A stretch of DNA of 64,000 nucleotides. Origin: Candidatus Magasanikiibacteriota bacterium. GTDB taxonomy: Bacteria; Patescibacteriota; Patescibacteriia; Magasanikbacterales; UBA922. The stretch covers positions 326,612-390,611 of the forward strand of contig JBAYVA010000001.1 in assembly GCA_041674805.1 (NCBI GenBank). Direction: 5' to 3'. This document shows, one piece after another, positions 1-9,770 of the stretch. A program made the position numbers and the translations under genes. The notes under the pieces were generated by a model that saw only the letters and a program-made list of their open reading frames with translations, did not search any database and was not told the DNA's origin. Positions within the stretch are counted from its first letter, which is position 1. Each line of letters starts with the position of its first letter.

Positions 1-570
1 GTCTCTCAAACTAAGTTCATAAACCACTTTTTCAATTTTTTGAGCAGCCATTTTTGCTTGATCAAACTTGTTGCGTAAATAACTAGTCAAATTAAATTCA
101 ATCAATTCTCCTGTAATTTCTTCAGCCATTCTAGCACACTCTTTTACTTTTTTCATATTTTTTTCAGTAGCTGATTTGATAGCATAACGATATAATTCAC
201 CAGGCACATCACAAAGACCACCAACAAAACTACGTTCTGGAATCTTTATCCCCATCACTTTACCAATTTTACCATTAGTCAAAAACTGATAAAACAATGT
301 AGCTTCAACATATTCCTCCAAAGCTGCTTTGAAAGAACCTTCTTCTTCGGTTTCTGTATGCTTAGAATATTTTTTCATAATACCTTCCAACAACTTTTTA
401 CTATTGTCTAATTTTTCGGTTGCTTCTTTCATATCATCTCTATGCATAGCAAAAATAGCTCTTTTGGCATTGTGCAAAGCATCATCAGATGATTTGATAA
501 TATCTCGACGTACTTCTGCATAAACTAATAAATGCTTTTTTAATTCACTCAAATATTTTTTGTCCAACAT
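1..570 (-). CDS. translin-family protein (partial; C-terminal part of the gene lies beyond the window start)
   Basis: Minus-strand ORF with ATG at 568-570 runs off the window start. Its N-terminal segment reads ...LRNKFDQAKMAAQKIEKVVYELSLR (recalled similarity to translin family, not computed). The six-frame track only shows a spurious 64-aa plus-strand ORF here. Confidence 0.45.
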   Translation of the reverse strand, partial: MLDKKYLSELKKHLLVYAEVRRDIIKSSDDALHNAKRAIFAMHRDDMKEATEKLDNSKKLLEGIMKKYSKHTETEEEGSFKAALEEYVEATLFYQFLTNGKIGKVMGIKIPERSFVGGLCDVPGELYRYAIKSATEKNMKKVKECARMAEEITGELIEFNLTSYLRNKFDQAKMAAQKIEKVVYELSLRD

Positions 571-707
571 AGTTTTTTGTCTTAAATAAGAATAAAATTG
601 CCAAATTTTTTAAGCTGAGGATAAATACATCAATAAATACTATAAACCTTAGATATTATGTGCTATAATATGCAAGTAATATTTTTGAGAAAACCACAGG
701 CCGAGAC

Positions 708-741
708 TTGACTTTTGTACAAGAGTATTATATCATATAAA
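708..741 (+). promoter_or_regulatory. putative sigma70-like promoter for tRNA-Lys
   Basis: TTGACT at 708-713, then TATTAT/TATATC/TATAAA-like -10 candidates at 726-741, just upstream of the tRNA at 764. Spacer and exact -10 are ambiguous. Confidence 0.25.
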
Positions 742-763
742 GCGTAATTTTCAACCTAATTAT

Positions 764-836
764 GGTCTGGTAGCTCAGCTGGTAGAGCAGTAGCCTTTTA
801 AGCTAACGGTCGTGGGTTCGAACCCCACCCGGATCA
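764..836 (+). tRNA. tRNA-Lys (anticodon TTT)
   Basis: Cloverleaf folded by hand: 7-bp acceptor GGTCTGG/CCGGATC, D-loop with GG, anticodon loop CTTTTAA, T-arm GTGGG-TTCGAAC-CCCAC, discriminator A. No encoded CCA. Confidence 0.85.
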
Positions 837-842
837 CAAAAA

Positions 843-872
843 GAAACATCCTTCAAAAAAGGATGTTTTTTA
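843..872. terminator. Rho-independent terminator hairpin (bidirectional; tRNA-Lys and greA)
   Basis: aacatcctt-caaaa-aaggatgtt stem-loop followed by a T-run. It lies between the tRNA-Lys 3' end and the greA stop on the opposite strand. Confidence 0.6.
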
Positions 873-891
873 TATTTAATATTTAAGAGAA

Positions 892-1389
892 TCAATTTAT
901 CTCCAAAATCTCATACTCCACTTCCCTATCCTTCAACTTCAAAACAACTTTGTCTCCAACTATTTTACCCATCAAAATTTGTCCAATCGGTGAAGTGTGA
1001 GAAATAACTCCATTGTCTGGGTCGCTTTCAGATGAACCTAATATTTCATATTGTTTTTCTTTACCATTTACTCTCACTATCACAATACTACCCAAATCTA
1101 CAAAATGTTTATTATCTTTATTATTTATCACTACAGCATTTCGCAATTGATTTTCAATTTTACTAATAGCACTATTCAAGCCACGCAATTTACCTTTGGC
1201 AAGCTGATATTCTACGTTTTCCGAAAAATCACCCAATTCTGCCAATCTGCTTACTTCTGATGCCAAAAAAGGACGTTGTTTCAATAATCTATCCAAATCT
1301 TTTTGCAAAGACAAAAACTTATCTTGACTTAGATAAGGATCATTTGGTTGAAGTGCATATTTGCCTGGTTTGCGGTAAGGTGTTTGCAT
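892..1389 (-). CDS. greA: transcription elongation factor GreA
   Basis: 165-aa product with an N-terminal coiled-coil and a C-terminal FKBP-like domain (…ISHTSPIGQILMGKIVGDKVVLKLKDREVEYEILEI), typical of GreA. Confidence 0.85.
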   Translation of the reverse strand: MQTPYRKPGKYALQPNDPYLSQDKFLSLQKDLDRLLKQRPFLASEVSRLAELGDFSENVEYQLAKGKLRGLNSAISKIENQLRNAVVINNKDNKHFVDLGSIVIVRVNGKEKQYEILGSSESDPDNGVISHTSPIGQILMGKIVGDKVVLKLKDREVEYEILEIN

Positions 1390-1447
1390 AGTAAGATAAA
1401 AGATAATATAATGAATTATATCTGAAAATTAACATTAAAACAAATAT

Positions 1448-2452
1448 ATGGGAGAAACAACTAATCCAGAGCTACAAGCAACACAAGAAATACAAGAAAG
1501 AAAACAAAAAAAGTGGGAGACACATACAAATTTGTTAGAACAAAGTGATATAGAAAACAGTGCTGTTCCTTTTGTAAAAGATCTAAAAAATGTAAAATTA
1601 TCTGACAAAGAAAAAGCAAGATTTTTACAAATTAATTTAAGAATAAATTTACAAACTGGCTCAGGAATTTTTGGTTATCTAAGTTCTTCTACCGATTATG
1701 ATAGAGAAAAAGAATTGAAATCAGCTACTTTTGTAGCCAGATGTTTTACTCAAAAAGAAGATGCATGTGTCAAACCTGTCGTAGTCCCTATAGACAATTT
1801 TTTCCAATTTATACCTGAAGAAACTTCCCTTGTAATAAAAACAGAATCTTTTCGTGGAATGAATGATATAAAAGATCCAAATCAAGATTACGCTTTAATT
1901 TTAACAGGTTTTACTGATTCAACCATATTTACAGAAGATGTTGTCAAACAAGTACCTACACAAGAAAATGCCGGACTAAAATTTCTTCAAGAGACTGATT
2001 TTGGTAAAAAATTATATAGCTTTGCAAAAGGTTTAAAATTAAAAAAAATCATTGAAAATAATAATGGTGATTTGAAAAAGACTCTAGAATACCTCACAGA
2101 TAATGGACAATTTAGCAAAGAAGATGCTCAACTTTTATTAGTGACAAGTTTACTTTTAGCCGATGCACAAAATTGGCATAATCTTATTTTTAAACAAGAA
2201 AGACAAATACATACTGCATTATACATTGTGGCCCCACAACCTTTTCATAATGCTATGATAAGACTAAATTTAAATTGGGGAAATGGAGAAGATGAATACA
2301 GCTACAGAGCAATTGGCTCACTTGGTGCAACACTTTTAGAAAATGACAAACAAAAAAACCAAATGGGTAGACATTTGAAAGGAGGTCTATCTGCGGAAGA
2401 ATTCGAAAGAAGAATTGGACCTATTTTAGATAGATTTTTGGAAACCACATAA
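1448..2452 (+). CDS. hypothetical protein
   Basis: 334-aa ORF with no recognisable motifs. It ends just before a weak hairpin. Confidence 0.45.
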   Translation: MGETTNPELQATQEIQERKQKKWETHTNLLEQSDIENSAVPFVKDLKNVKLSDKEKARFLQINLRINLQTGSGIFGYLSSSTDYDREKELKSATFVARCFTQKEDACVKPVVVPIDNFFQFIPEETSLVIKTESFRGMNDIKDPNQDYALILTGFTDSTIFTEDVVKQVPTQENAGLKFLQETDFGKKLYSFAKGLKLKKIIENNNGDLKKTLEYLTDNGQFSKEDAQLLLVTSLLLADAQNWHNLIFKQERQIHTALYIVAPQPFHNAMIRLNLNWGNGEDEYSYRAIGSLGATLLENDKQKNQMGRHLKGGLSAEEFERRIGPILDRFLETT

Positions 2453-2471
2453 AAAAACAAATATTATAAAA

Positions 2472-2501
2472 AACACACTACCATAACGATGGTGTGTTTT
2501 C
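2472..2501 (+). terminator. possible terminator hairpin
   Basis: cacactaccat-aacg-atggtgtg imperfect stem followed by TTTT. Confidence 0.35.
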
Positions 2502-2592
2502 ATATTTTCATAAATCACCCACAATTGCCGATCTACCCAAAATATAGTAAAATACAATAGTTATAAAACTGAATCTGCTTAATAAATATAGT

Positions 2593-4209
2593 GTGCTCAC
2601 CAAAAAACTAGAACAATACTTCAATTTCAAATCTTTTCGACCTGGTCAAGAAGAAATAGTCCAAGCTATTGTAAATGGACAAGATGTCATAGCCCTCATG
2701 CCTACTGGTGGTGGCAAATCTTTGTGCTACCAACTTCCTGCTTTAGCTAGTCAAAAAATGACTATCGTAATCTCCCCTCTTATCGCTCTGATGAAAGATC
2801 AAGTAGACAGTCTAAAAGCACGAGGACTCAATGCTGTACTTATCAACAGCTCATTGGATTTGCAAGAAATAAAAAGTTATCTAAAAGAAATAGCAGATGG
2901 TAAGACACACATTGTTTATCTAGCACCAGAAGGACTAAACAACAAATTACTACAAGATTTACTAAAAAAAATAAAAATAGATATTATTGCTATTGACGAA
3001 GCGCATTGTGTGTCACAATGGGGACATGATTTTCGTCCACAATATAGACTTATCAAAAATTTTATTGATTCTCTGCCAACACGACCTACTGTCACCGCTT
3101 TTACTGCCACAGCCACGCCAGAAGTCCGTGATGATATTATAAAAAATTTAGGATTAATCAAACCTCAAGTTTTCATACGTGGTTTCGATAGACCAAATCT
3201 GAAATTTTTTGTCAGAAAAAATCTAAAGAAAAAAGCTCGTGAACACGAAGTCCTACGACTAATAAAATCTATGCAAGGTTCTGGTATTGTCTATGCCCTT
3301 AGTCGCAAAGAAACCGAAAAAATTGCCAACTTTTTGAATGCCGAAAATATCAAAGCTGTAGCTTATCATGCTGGACTCTTGCCTGACGAAAGAAAAAAAG
3401 TCCAAGAAAAATTCATGGAAAATAGATTCAAAGTCATTGTTGCAACGGTTGCTTTTGGTATGGGCGTGGACAAAGCTGATATTCGCTTTGTTATTCACTC
3501 TGGCATGCCAAATAGTATGGAAGGTTATTATCAAGAAGCTGGACGTGCTGGACGTGATGGTGAAAAAGCTTATTGTATTCTTTTGCACAGTGGAGCTGAT
3601 GTCGGACTTCGTCATTTTTTCATCCGCAAAAGTCGAGAAGAAATGAAAAAACAAGGCAAAAATATAGCAGAGATAGAAAAAATTACCAATGCCCAATATG
3701 ACAAATTGGAAGCTATTACCAATTATGTTGAAAATAATAAATGTCGTAGAGATACAATCCTTAGCTATTTTTCTGATCCTGATGTCATTCGCATCCGTCA
3801 AAATGGTGGTTGTAACAATTGCGATATTTGTCTGAATTTTGAATGGGAAGAAATAAAAACCAAAGATACAAAAAAATCTCCAACTGTTTTTCAAAGTCTT
3901 TCCAATACGGTCCTTGAAAGTGTTCAAATGTACCAAGAAGGAAAAACGCTAGAACAAATTGCCAAAATACGTTCGCTCGGTGTTAATACCATTTTGCAAC
4001 ATTTAATACGCTGGTATGTAGAAGATGATGGCGAACTAAACATTGAAAATTTTGTTACAGTTGACGAAGAAAAACAAATTCTAAAAGCTATGAGTGAAGC
4101 TGAAGATTATACCAAGCTCTCCCCTATCAAAACAAAACTACCAGACAATATTAGTTATGAACAAATTAGATTAGTGATGGCGAAAATTCAGAAAATAAAG
4201 TTGTGGTAA
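2593..4209 (+). CDS. recQ: ATP-dependent DNA helicase RecQ
   Basis: GTG start. Walker A MPTGGGKSLCYQLPAL, DEAH box IDEAHCVSQWGHDFRPQY, RecQ C-terminal zinc-binding cysteines (CRRDTILSYF…CNNCDIC) and an HRDC-like tail. Confidence 0.85.
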   Translation: MLTKKLEQYFNFKSFRPGQEEIVQAIVNGQDVIALMPTGGGKSLCYQLPALASQKMTIVISPLIALMKDQVDSLKARGLNAVLINSSLDLQEIKSYLKEIADGKTHIVYLAPEGLNNKLLQDLLKKIKIDIIAIDEAHCVSQWGHDFRPQYRLIKNFIDSLPTRPTVTAFTATATPEVRDDIIKNLGLIKPQVFIRGFDRPNLKFFVRKNLKKKAREHEVLRLIKSMQGSGIVYALSRKETEKIANFLNAENIKAVAYHAGLLPDERKKVQEKFMENRFKVIVATVAFGMGVDKADIRFVIHSGMPNSMEGYYQEAGRAGRDGEKAYCILLHSGADVGLRHFFIRKSREEMKKQGKNIAEIEKITNAQYDKLEAITNYVENNKCRRDTILSYFSDPDVIRIRQNGGCNNCDICLNFEWEEIKTKDTKKSPTVFQSLSNTVLESVQMYQEGKTLEQIAKIRSLGVNTILQHLIRWYVEDDGELNIENFVTVDEEKQILKAMSEAEDYTKLSPIKTKLPDNISYEQIRLVMAKIQKIKLW

Positions 4210-4310
4210 ATTTCATGAAAACACTAGAACATTAAAACATTAAAACAAACTTAAACACTATTTGCAAAATTGTTTAGTAAAAATGCACCAATCCATCAAA
4301 ATTTAAAAAA

Positions 4311-4345
4311 CACCCCGTCTTTCACGAAAAGCGGGGTGTTTTTAT
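4311..4345. terminator. bidirectional Rho-independent terminator (recQ / ftsX convergent)
   Basis: caccccg-tctttcacgaaaag-cggggtg stem followed by TTTTT. It is flanked on both sides by 'ttttaatg'-type short repeats. Confidence 0.7.
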
Positions 4346-4372
4346 GTTTTAATGCTTTAATGTTTTTATGAG

Positions 4373-5284
4373 TTACGTCCTAAGATATCTATTCATTGCA
4401 AAACCACTAGAAATCATAGTGAGTAACAAAACTATCACAAATTCTCCTCCCAAAACAAAAAGTAAATTTTCTGATAAATATGATGACAACAAATTTTGTT
4501 TTTCAAAGATAACACCAATATATGGATCCAAAATTTTCAAAAAGAAATTTACCATCACATAAGTCAAAGATACACTAATAACACTAAATATAAAAGATTC
4601 TATCAAATAAGGGCCTCTAATAAACCAACTTGTAGCCCCTACAAGGCGTTTTATGCCTATTTCAGCACGTTGGGTATATATTGCGACTCTTATAGTATTA
4701 AAGATGATTATAAACGAAATTATCGCAAATAAAATTGTTAGAAAATACGTAAATTTTTGTACATTGGTAGTGATAGAATGAATTCTATTTATAGCCGTCT
4801 GAGTGTCTCCAAAAGTCTTGGCTTCAATAATATTTTCATATTCTGGCACACTCAAAGCTTCTATTATTTTTTCATAATCTTTTGGCTCACGAGTTTTGAT
4901 AATCAAAGTTGGACCCAAAGGATTTTCTGTCAATTCATTCAAAGAATCCAAAACATCTGGATTGTCAGCATAAACTGTTTTGAAATTTTCAAAAACTTCT
5001 TCTCTTGTCATAAAAGTTTCTTTTTCTACTTCTGGAAAAGAACCAACATAATCTCTAATTTCAGTAATTTCTTCTTCGGTTGCTTCTGGATCAAAATAAA
5101 TACTCACGTCTATTTGTTTTTTTACAGCAATGATAGATTCATCGGTCAAAATTTTTACCACCACCAAAGTATTAATAGATAAAAGCATCAAAACCAAAAT
5201 AAGTACTGTCATAATAGACAAACTCATATTGCGTACAATTTCTTGAAAAGAAAATTTTATAATACGAAAAAATCCTGCAAACAT
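4373..5284 (-). CDS. ftsX: cell division ABC transporter permease FtsX
   Basis: FtsX-like topology: a TM helix, a large extracytoplasmic domain and three C-terminal TM helices. The track ORF extends to 5353 and would overlap ftsE by 65 nt, so the internal Met at 5282-5284 (MFAGFF…) immediately after the ftsE stop is the more likely start. Confidence 0.7.
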   Translation of the reverse strand: MFAGFFRIIKFSFQEIVRNMSLSIMTVLILVLMLLSINTLVVVKILTDESIIAVKKQIDVSIYFDPEATEEEITEIRDYVGSFPEVEKETFMTREEVFENFKTVYADNPDVLDSLNELTENPLGPTLIIKTREPKDYEKIIEALSVPEYENIIEAKTFGDTQTAINRIHSITTNVQKFTYFLTILFAIISFIIIFNTIRVAIYTQRAEIGIKRLVGATSWFIRGPYLIESFIFSVISVSLTYVMVNFFLKILDPYIGVIFEKQNLLSSYLSENLLFVLGGEFVIVLLLTMISSGFAMNRYLRT

Positions 5285-5288
5285 AAAA

Positions 5289-5969
5289 TTATAATCTATA
5301 TTTACCGTTGTCTTCGTCAGAAATGATTCTACCATCATGAATAGTGACGACACGACGCTTAAGTTGATTTACGACTTCCCTATTGTGAGTAACTAACAAA
5401 ATAGTAGTACCAAATTCATTTATTTTTTTCAAAATATCAATAATTTCTTGAGTATTTATAGAATCAAGATTTCCTGTTGGTTCATCAGCTAATAATATTT
5501 TTGGTCTATGTACAAGAGAACGTGCCATAGCCACACGCTGTTGTTCACCACCAGATAATTGATGAGGATATCTGTCATGTTTATGAAATAAACCTACAAT
5601 ATCTAATACTCTTGGTACAACCTGTTTGATACGGGCGACTTTTTCACCAGCAACTTCTAAAGCAAAAGCAACATTTTCAGCTACAGTCTTCTTTGGTAAA
5701 AGTTTGAAATCTTGAAAAATAACACCTATTTGACGACGCAAAAGTGGAATATCCGCATTAGATATTTTGGTGATATCCCATCCACCAACTTCGATAAAAC
5801 CAGAAGTTGGTCTTTCTTCTGCAATTAATAATTTGACCATGGTAGTTTTTCCTGTACCACTTTGTCCAACAATAGAAACAAACTCTCCAGCTTCAACATG
5901 AAGATCTACACCATTTAGTCCAATACTATCAGCAGAATATTTTTTTGTTACACTTTTTAAAGTAATCAT
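5289..5969 (-). CDS. ftsE: cell division ATP-binding protein FtsE
   Basis: ABC ATPase motifs: Walker [10 protein letters not shown], signature [15 protein letters not shown], Walker [13 protein letters not shown]. It lies immediately upstream of ftsX. Confidence 0.85.
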   Translation of the reverse strand: MITLKSVTKKYSADSIGLNGVDLHVEAGEFVSIVGQSGTGKTTMVKLLIAEERPTSGFIEVGGWDITKISNADIPLLRRQIGVIFQDFKLLPKKTVAENVAFALEVAGEKVARIKQVVPRVLDIVGLFHKHDRYPHQLSGGEQQRVAMARSLVHRPKILLADEPTGNLDSINTQEIIDILKKINEFGTTILLVTHNREVVNQLKRRVVTIHDGRIISDEDNGKYRL

Positions 5970-6029
5970 ATGTAAAATATTATAACATAAAAAAAAATTT
6001 TACGCTATAAATTTTTTTGATTAAAATTG

Positions 6030-6102
6030 AGCCACCCACGAGGATCGAACTCGTGACCTATTGTTTACGATACAATTGCTCTACCAGCTGAGCTAGAGTG
6101 GC
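6030..6102 (-). tRNA. tRNA-Thr (anticodon CGT)
   Basis: Reverse complement folds by hand as GCCACTC acceptor, D-arm AGCTCAGCTGGTAGAGC, anticodon stem ATTGT/ACAAT with loop ATCGTAA, T-arm CGAGTTCGATCCTCG, discriminator T. Confidence 0.8.
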
Positions 6103-6183
6103 GTAAAAAAATACAAATTACAATTTATAAAATACTTTTATAATAATTGAAATTTTTTTATTTTTAATTGTAATTTTTTATAG

Positions 6184-6268
6184 TGCGGATAAGAAGATTC
6201 GAACTTCTATTTTTGATTACAAAAAAATTTTTTCTATAATCAACGTAATGCCATTATACTATACCCGC
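6184..6268 (-). tRNA. aberrant tRNA-like gene with a 14-nt insertion in the anticodon-loop region (identity unresolved; possible pseudo-tRNA)
   Basis: Reverse complement shows canonical acceptor GCGGGTA/TATCCGC, T8, D-loop AATGGCA with G18G19, G26 and T-arm AGAAG-TTCGAAT-CTTCT. Between the anticodon stem halves TTGAT…ATCAA lie 21 nt (tatagaaaaaatttttttgta) instead of 7. The arm can also fold as a 7-bp stem ttgatta/taatcaa with a 17-nt A6T7 loop. Confidence 0.45.
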
Positions 6269-6301
6269 ATATACTCTAAACTTTTAGAGTATATTTTTAT
6301 T

Positions 6302-7441
6302 CTATTTTTGAGCTTCTGTATCTTCTACCACCTCTTCTGAAACTTCTAGATTTTCCAAATTATCTACATTATCTACTTGTGGATCAGCAAATAATTCTGC
6401 AAAAGGATTATGAATGTTTAAAAGAACTTCAATTTTAGCAGACATCAATTTTTCATTCATAAAAGTACGGAAATTGTTCATATTAGCATCTTCAATTCCA
6501 CTAAATGGGAAAAGAATATGTCTAGCTTTAACTTGTTCTACATCTTCACCTGTTGTTTCATCTTTTTCTACTTTTTTATCAGTAACTTGTAAAATATGAT
6601 AACCAAAAGTAGTTTTTACCAAATCTTCGTTCAACTCACCTTTTTTCAAAGAAAAAGCCACTTCTTCAAATTCAGGTACCATCATACCACGACTAAACCA
6701 ACCTAAATCACCACCTTGTGTAGCAGTACCATCAGTACCATATTCAGCTGCCATTTTTGCAAAATCTTCTCCTTCTTTGATAGCTTTCAAAATTTCCAAA
6801 GCTTGCATACGAACTGTTTCTTCATCATTATTTTCAATAGGATTTTCTTCTACATATTTAGCAGCTAACTTCTTTTCTAATTCTGTTGGATAAACTATTT
6901 TTGAAACAAATTCATCCAAAGTCCAACCATATCTAGCCATTATTTCTGTTTCAGCTTCTTCTTTACTAGCAAAACTTGGCAAAATTTGTTCATCTACAAT
7001 CTTTTGTAAATCTTCATCACTTACAGAAACTTTCATTTCTTTGGCAACTTCTTCTACTAATGTATTTATCAATAAACGACTCAAAACAAAATCTGATTTT
7101 TCTTCTTCTTTTGGAGCTACTTCACCAGAAGTATCTGTAGCATAAAATTTTTCCATTGCTTGAATATTATCAATATAATCACTATATTTTATTTTTTGAT
7201 TATTGATACTAGCTACAGGCATAGCAAAAAAATCAGCTGTTTTCAAAACTACTTCCCCTCTTGATAAATTTTTGACTTGACTAAAAGTTACGGCATAAAA
7301 AATACCGACACCAATAATAAGAGCGGCAACAAAACCACCACCTATAATAATTAAAGGATTTTTTTTATTTGGTGTTTCTACAGATTGGACAGGCTGTGTT
7401 GACAACTCCTCTTGTGGAGTCATTTTTTGTTCTTCTGACAT
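6302..7441 (-). CDS. membrane-anchored PpiC/parvulin-type peptidyl-prolyl cis-trans isomerase (PrsA/SurA-like)
   Basis: N-terminal TM helix. C-terminal parvulin signature GGDLGWFSRGMMVPEFEEVAFSLKKGE…TTFGYHILQV. Confidence 0.75.
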   Translation of the reverse strand: MSEEQKMTPQEELSTQPVQSVETPNKKNPLIIIGGGFVAALIIGVGIFYAVTFSQVKNLSRGEVVLKTADFFAMPVASINNQKIKYSDYIDNIQAMEKFYATDTSGEVAPKEEEKSDFVLSRLLINTLVEEVAKEMKVSVSDEDLQKIVDEQILPSFASKEEAETEIMARYGWTLDEFVSKIVYPTELEKKLAAKYVEENPIENNDEETVRMQALEILKAIKEGEDFAKMAAEYGTDGTATQGGDLGWFSRGMMVPEFEEVAFSLKKGELNEDLVKTTFGYHILQVTDKKVEKDETTGEDVEQVKARHILFPFSGIEDANMNNFRTFMNEKLMSAKIEVLLNIHNPFAELFADPQVDNVDNLENLEVSEEVVEDTEAQK

Positions 7442-7458
7442 AAATAAATTTACTTAAA

Positions 7459-7881
7459 TTATTCCTCTTTATTTAGAGGCTTATGAATAAAATAATAAAA
7501 CCATTTTACTGGATTTGCTATAAATTGTCCACTTTCACTATTATCTACATTACCTTCGTTTTTTTCATCCAAAGAATTATTCAAAAATAATACATTTTCA
7601 CCAGGTTTTTTCATATTAAGTTCAATACGAGCTTGATCTTCTACATAAGAGCTACTAGACACATATTTTAATAAATCAATTGTTTTTATTTTCTTTTGCT
7701 TCAAAGAATTTACTTCATTCTGCAAAGATTTTATTTCTTGATTTATTTTGTAAGCCTGATAATAAGCACGTGCATAACCAAGTGCCACAAGTAACGTAAT
7801 ACCAAACAAAATAAACAAAAACAAGCGAGAACTAAAAAAACGCTTTTTCAAACTTTGTTGTTCTTTATTATCAATAGACAT
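7459..7881 (-). CDS. septum formation initiator family protein (FtsB/DivIC-like)
   Basis: 140 aa with one N-terminal TM helix, a coiled-coil (KINQEIKSLQNEVNSLKQKK) and a conserved YVEDQARIELNMKKPGE-like tail. Confidence 0.55.
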   Translation of the reverse strand: MSIDNKEQQSLKKRFFSSRLFLFILFGITLLVALGYARAYYQAYKINQEIKSLQNEVNSLKQKKIKTIDLLKYVSSSSYVEDQARIELNMKKPGENVLFLNNSLDEKNEGNVDNSESGQFIANPVKWFYYFIHKPLNKEE

Positions 7882-7937
7882 GTAATTTGAGATTTATTAC
7901 AATTACATTATATCATAAAAAAGCAAAGTAAAATAGT

Positions 7938-8552
7938 CTACTTTTTCAACATTTTGCTCACAAGATTATCTAAGACTTTTTTTACTCTGTATAAATCTGG
8001 CAATTCCAATTCATACAATTTGTCAATAATAGCATTGGCAACATCACCACGAAAATCTTGACTATATTTAGTCAAATATCTCTCTTGTACTTCATTGATC
8101 TGTTGTTGCAAAACCAATGGTCTTTTGACTTTTGGTAAAACAATTTTTACTTGTCCAGCACCAGTCTGTATGACTACACTGCCAAAACGCAAAATCATCC
8201 CCCAAAAACCAGTTATTTTGCCATGGACATCTTCTATCTTATCATACGTAATTTCTGACACAATTCTTTCAAAAAAACCCCGTTGTTCTATATCTATCAA
8301 ACGATGCGTCGTAATATAAAAAACATTTTTTTTCCAAAGATAATAATTTCTAAAAATAATAAAAAAACCCAAAACAATTAAAAAACCAAAAGCAATACTC
8401 CCATACAGACCTTTATCAAAAAACCAAAACATAAAAAAGAAGGCTAAAGTAATCAACAAAAAACCTACTAAATATTGCCAAATCTTTGTTACACCATACT
8501 GCAAAATTTCATCCAATACTTTTTCTTGTTCTTTTAATTTTATATCAAGCAT
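7938..8552 (-). CDS. membrane protein with bacterial PH (bPH_2/YdbS-like) domain
   Basis: Two TM helices followed by YITTHRLIDIE…GFWGMILRFGSVVIQTGAGQVKIV, typical of bPH_2 family proteins. Confidence 0.45.
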   Translation of the reverse strand: MLDIKLKEQEKVLDEILQYGVTKIWQYLVGFLLITLAFFFMFWFFDKGLYGSIAFGFLIVLGFFIIFRNYYLWKKNVFYITTHRLIDIEQRGFFERIVSEITYDKIEDVHGKITGFWGMILRFGSVVIQTGAGQVKIVLPKVKRPLVLQQQINEVQERYLTKYSQDFRGDVANAIIDKLYELELPDLYRVKKVLDNLVSKMLKK

Positions 8553-8573
8553 ATTTTTTAATAAAAAATAATT

Positions 8574-9731
8574 TTATTTTTTTATATCTGACAAATATGG
8601 CTTCAATTTTGCCAATTGTCTATGCCAAATAAATTCACTTTCTATCCTTTCTTTGGCATTTTTGGCTAAAGAAAGCGCATATTTTCTATCTTGTAACATC
8701 GCAACGACACTTTCATCCATCGCCAAAGCGTTTTGTCGAATATCAATCACAATACCAGTTTGTGCATGCAAAACAGCTTCTTCTACTCCCCCACTTTTGC
8801 CAGCGACAACAGGCAAACCACAACTTTGTGCTTCCAAAAAAACCAAACCCAAACCTTCTTCACGTCCTTCATCTGGATGCGTAAACAAGACAAACAAATC
8901 AGCCAAATAATAATATTTTTTTATTTCATTATGAGGTACATTACCCAGATAACGCACAACATTTTGCAAAGAAAATTTTTGAATATCTTTCATTACTTCT
9001 TCTTTTTTTGGTCCATCACCAATTATAATCCACACAACATGAGGTTCTTTTTTCAAAATTTCTGGCAAAGCTCTAACTAAATGAGGGAAACCTTTGCCAT
9101 CTTCCATACGAGCCACTGTCAAAATGACTTTTTTACCTTGCAAAGCCAATTTTTCTCGCAAAGATATAATTTCTTTTTCAGGTGGAGGTAAAAAGAAGTC
9201 AGCGTCTGGACAAGGATACAAAACCAAAGATTTGTTTTGAAATTCTGGCAATTTCTCCAAAAATCTTCTTTTCAAAGATTCACTATTGAAAACAACTTGT
9301 TCACTTTTGGCTATTATTTTTTTCAATTTTTTTTCTTTCCACTTTGTTCTAGTTGCATACAAAACATCTGTACCATGAGAAATTATCAAAAAAGGAATCT
9401 TATAAAAAAAGTTTATAAGTTTTCCTATATAACCAACAGGCAAAACATGATTTATCAAAATCACTTCAATTTTTTCTTCTTTGACAATTTTTTTTACTTG
9501 CCAAAATAACTTGAGCCATCTTGGCCAAATAAATTTTGGATACAAAAAAATTTTTCTAATAATTTTGTAACTTCTATTTTTATCAAATTCTTGTGTTAAT
9601 AAAGAATTATCTTTTGGAGCTAAAACTACTGTTTTTTCTGGATTCAAAGCCAAAGCAAATTGATCCACATAAGTGGCAATTCCACCTATTTGTGGCGGAA
9701 ACTCCATAGTAATTATTAATGTTTTTTTCAT
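8574..9731 (-). CDS. glycosyltransferase family 4 (GT-B) protein
   Basis: GT4 C-terminal motif EGLGLVFLEAQSCGLPVVAGKSGGVEEAV and a GT-B two-domain layout. Confidence 0.75.
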   Translation of the reverse strand: MKKTLIITMEFPPQIGGIATYVDQFALALNPEKTVVLAPKDNSLLTQEFDKNRSYKIIRKIFLYPKFIWPRWLKLFWQVKKIVKEEKIEVILINHVLPVGYIGKLINFFYKIPFLIISHGTDVLYATRTKWKEKKLKKIIAKSEQVVFNSESLKRRFLEKLPEFQNKSLVLYPCPDADFFLPPPEKEIISLREKLALQGKKVILTVARMEDGKGFPHLVRALPEILKKEPHVVWIIIGDGPKKEEVMKDIQKFSLQNVVRYLGNVPHNEIKKYYYLADLFVLFTHPDEGREEGLGLVFLEAQSCGLPVVAGKSGGVEEAVLHAQTGIVIDIRQNALAMDESVVAMLQDRKYALSLAKNAKERIESEFIWHRQLAKLKPYLSDIKK

Positions 9732-9770
9732 AAAATAGATGCTAGTTATTAGGTATTAGGTTTTAGGTAA

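Noticed and set aside
329-523. 64-aa plus-strand ORF from the track
   Set aside because: It lies antisense inside the longer minus-strand translin-like ORF (1-570) and has low-complexity, hydrophobic translation typical of AT-rich antisense frames.
3259-3936. 225-aa minus-strand ORF
   Set aside because: It is entirely antisense to recQ, which has strong helicase motifs. Its Phe/Ile-rich composition is an AT-bias artefact.
6184-6268. Group I intron in the aberrant tRNA
   Set aside because: The insertion is only 14 nt, far below any self-splicing intron core. It is kept as an 'aberrant/pseudo tRNA' hypothesis instead.
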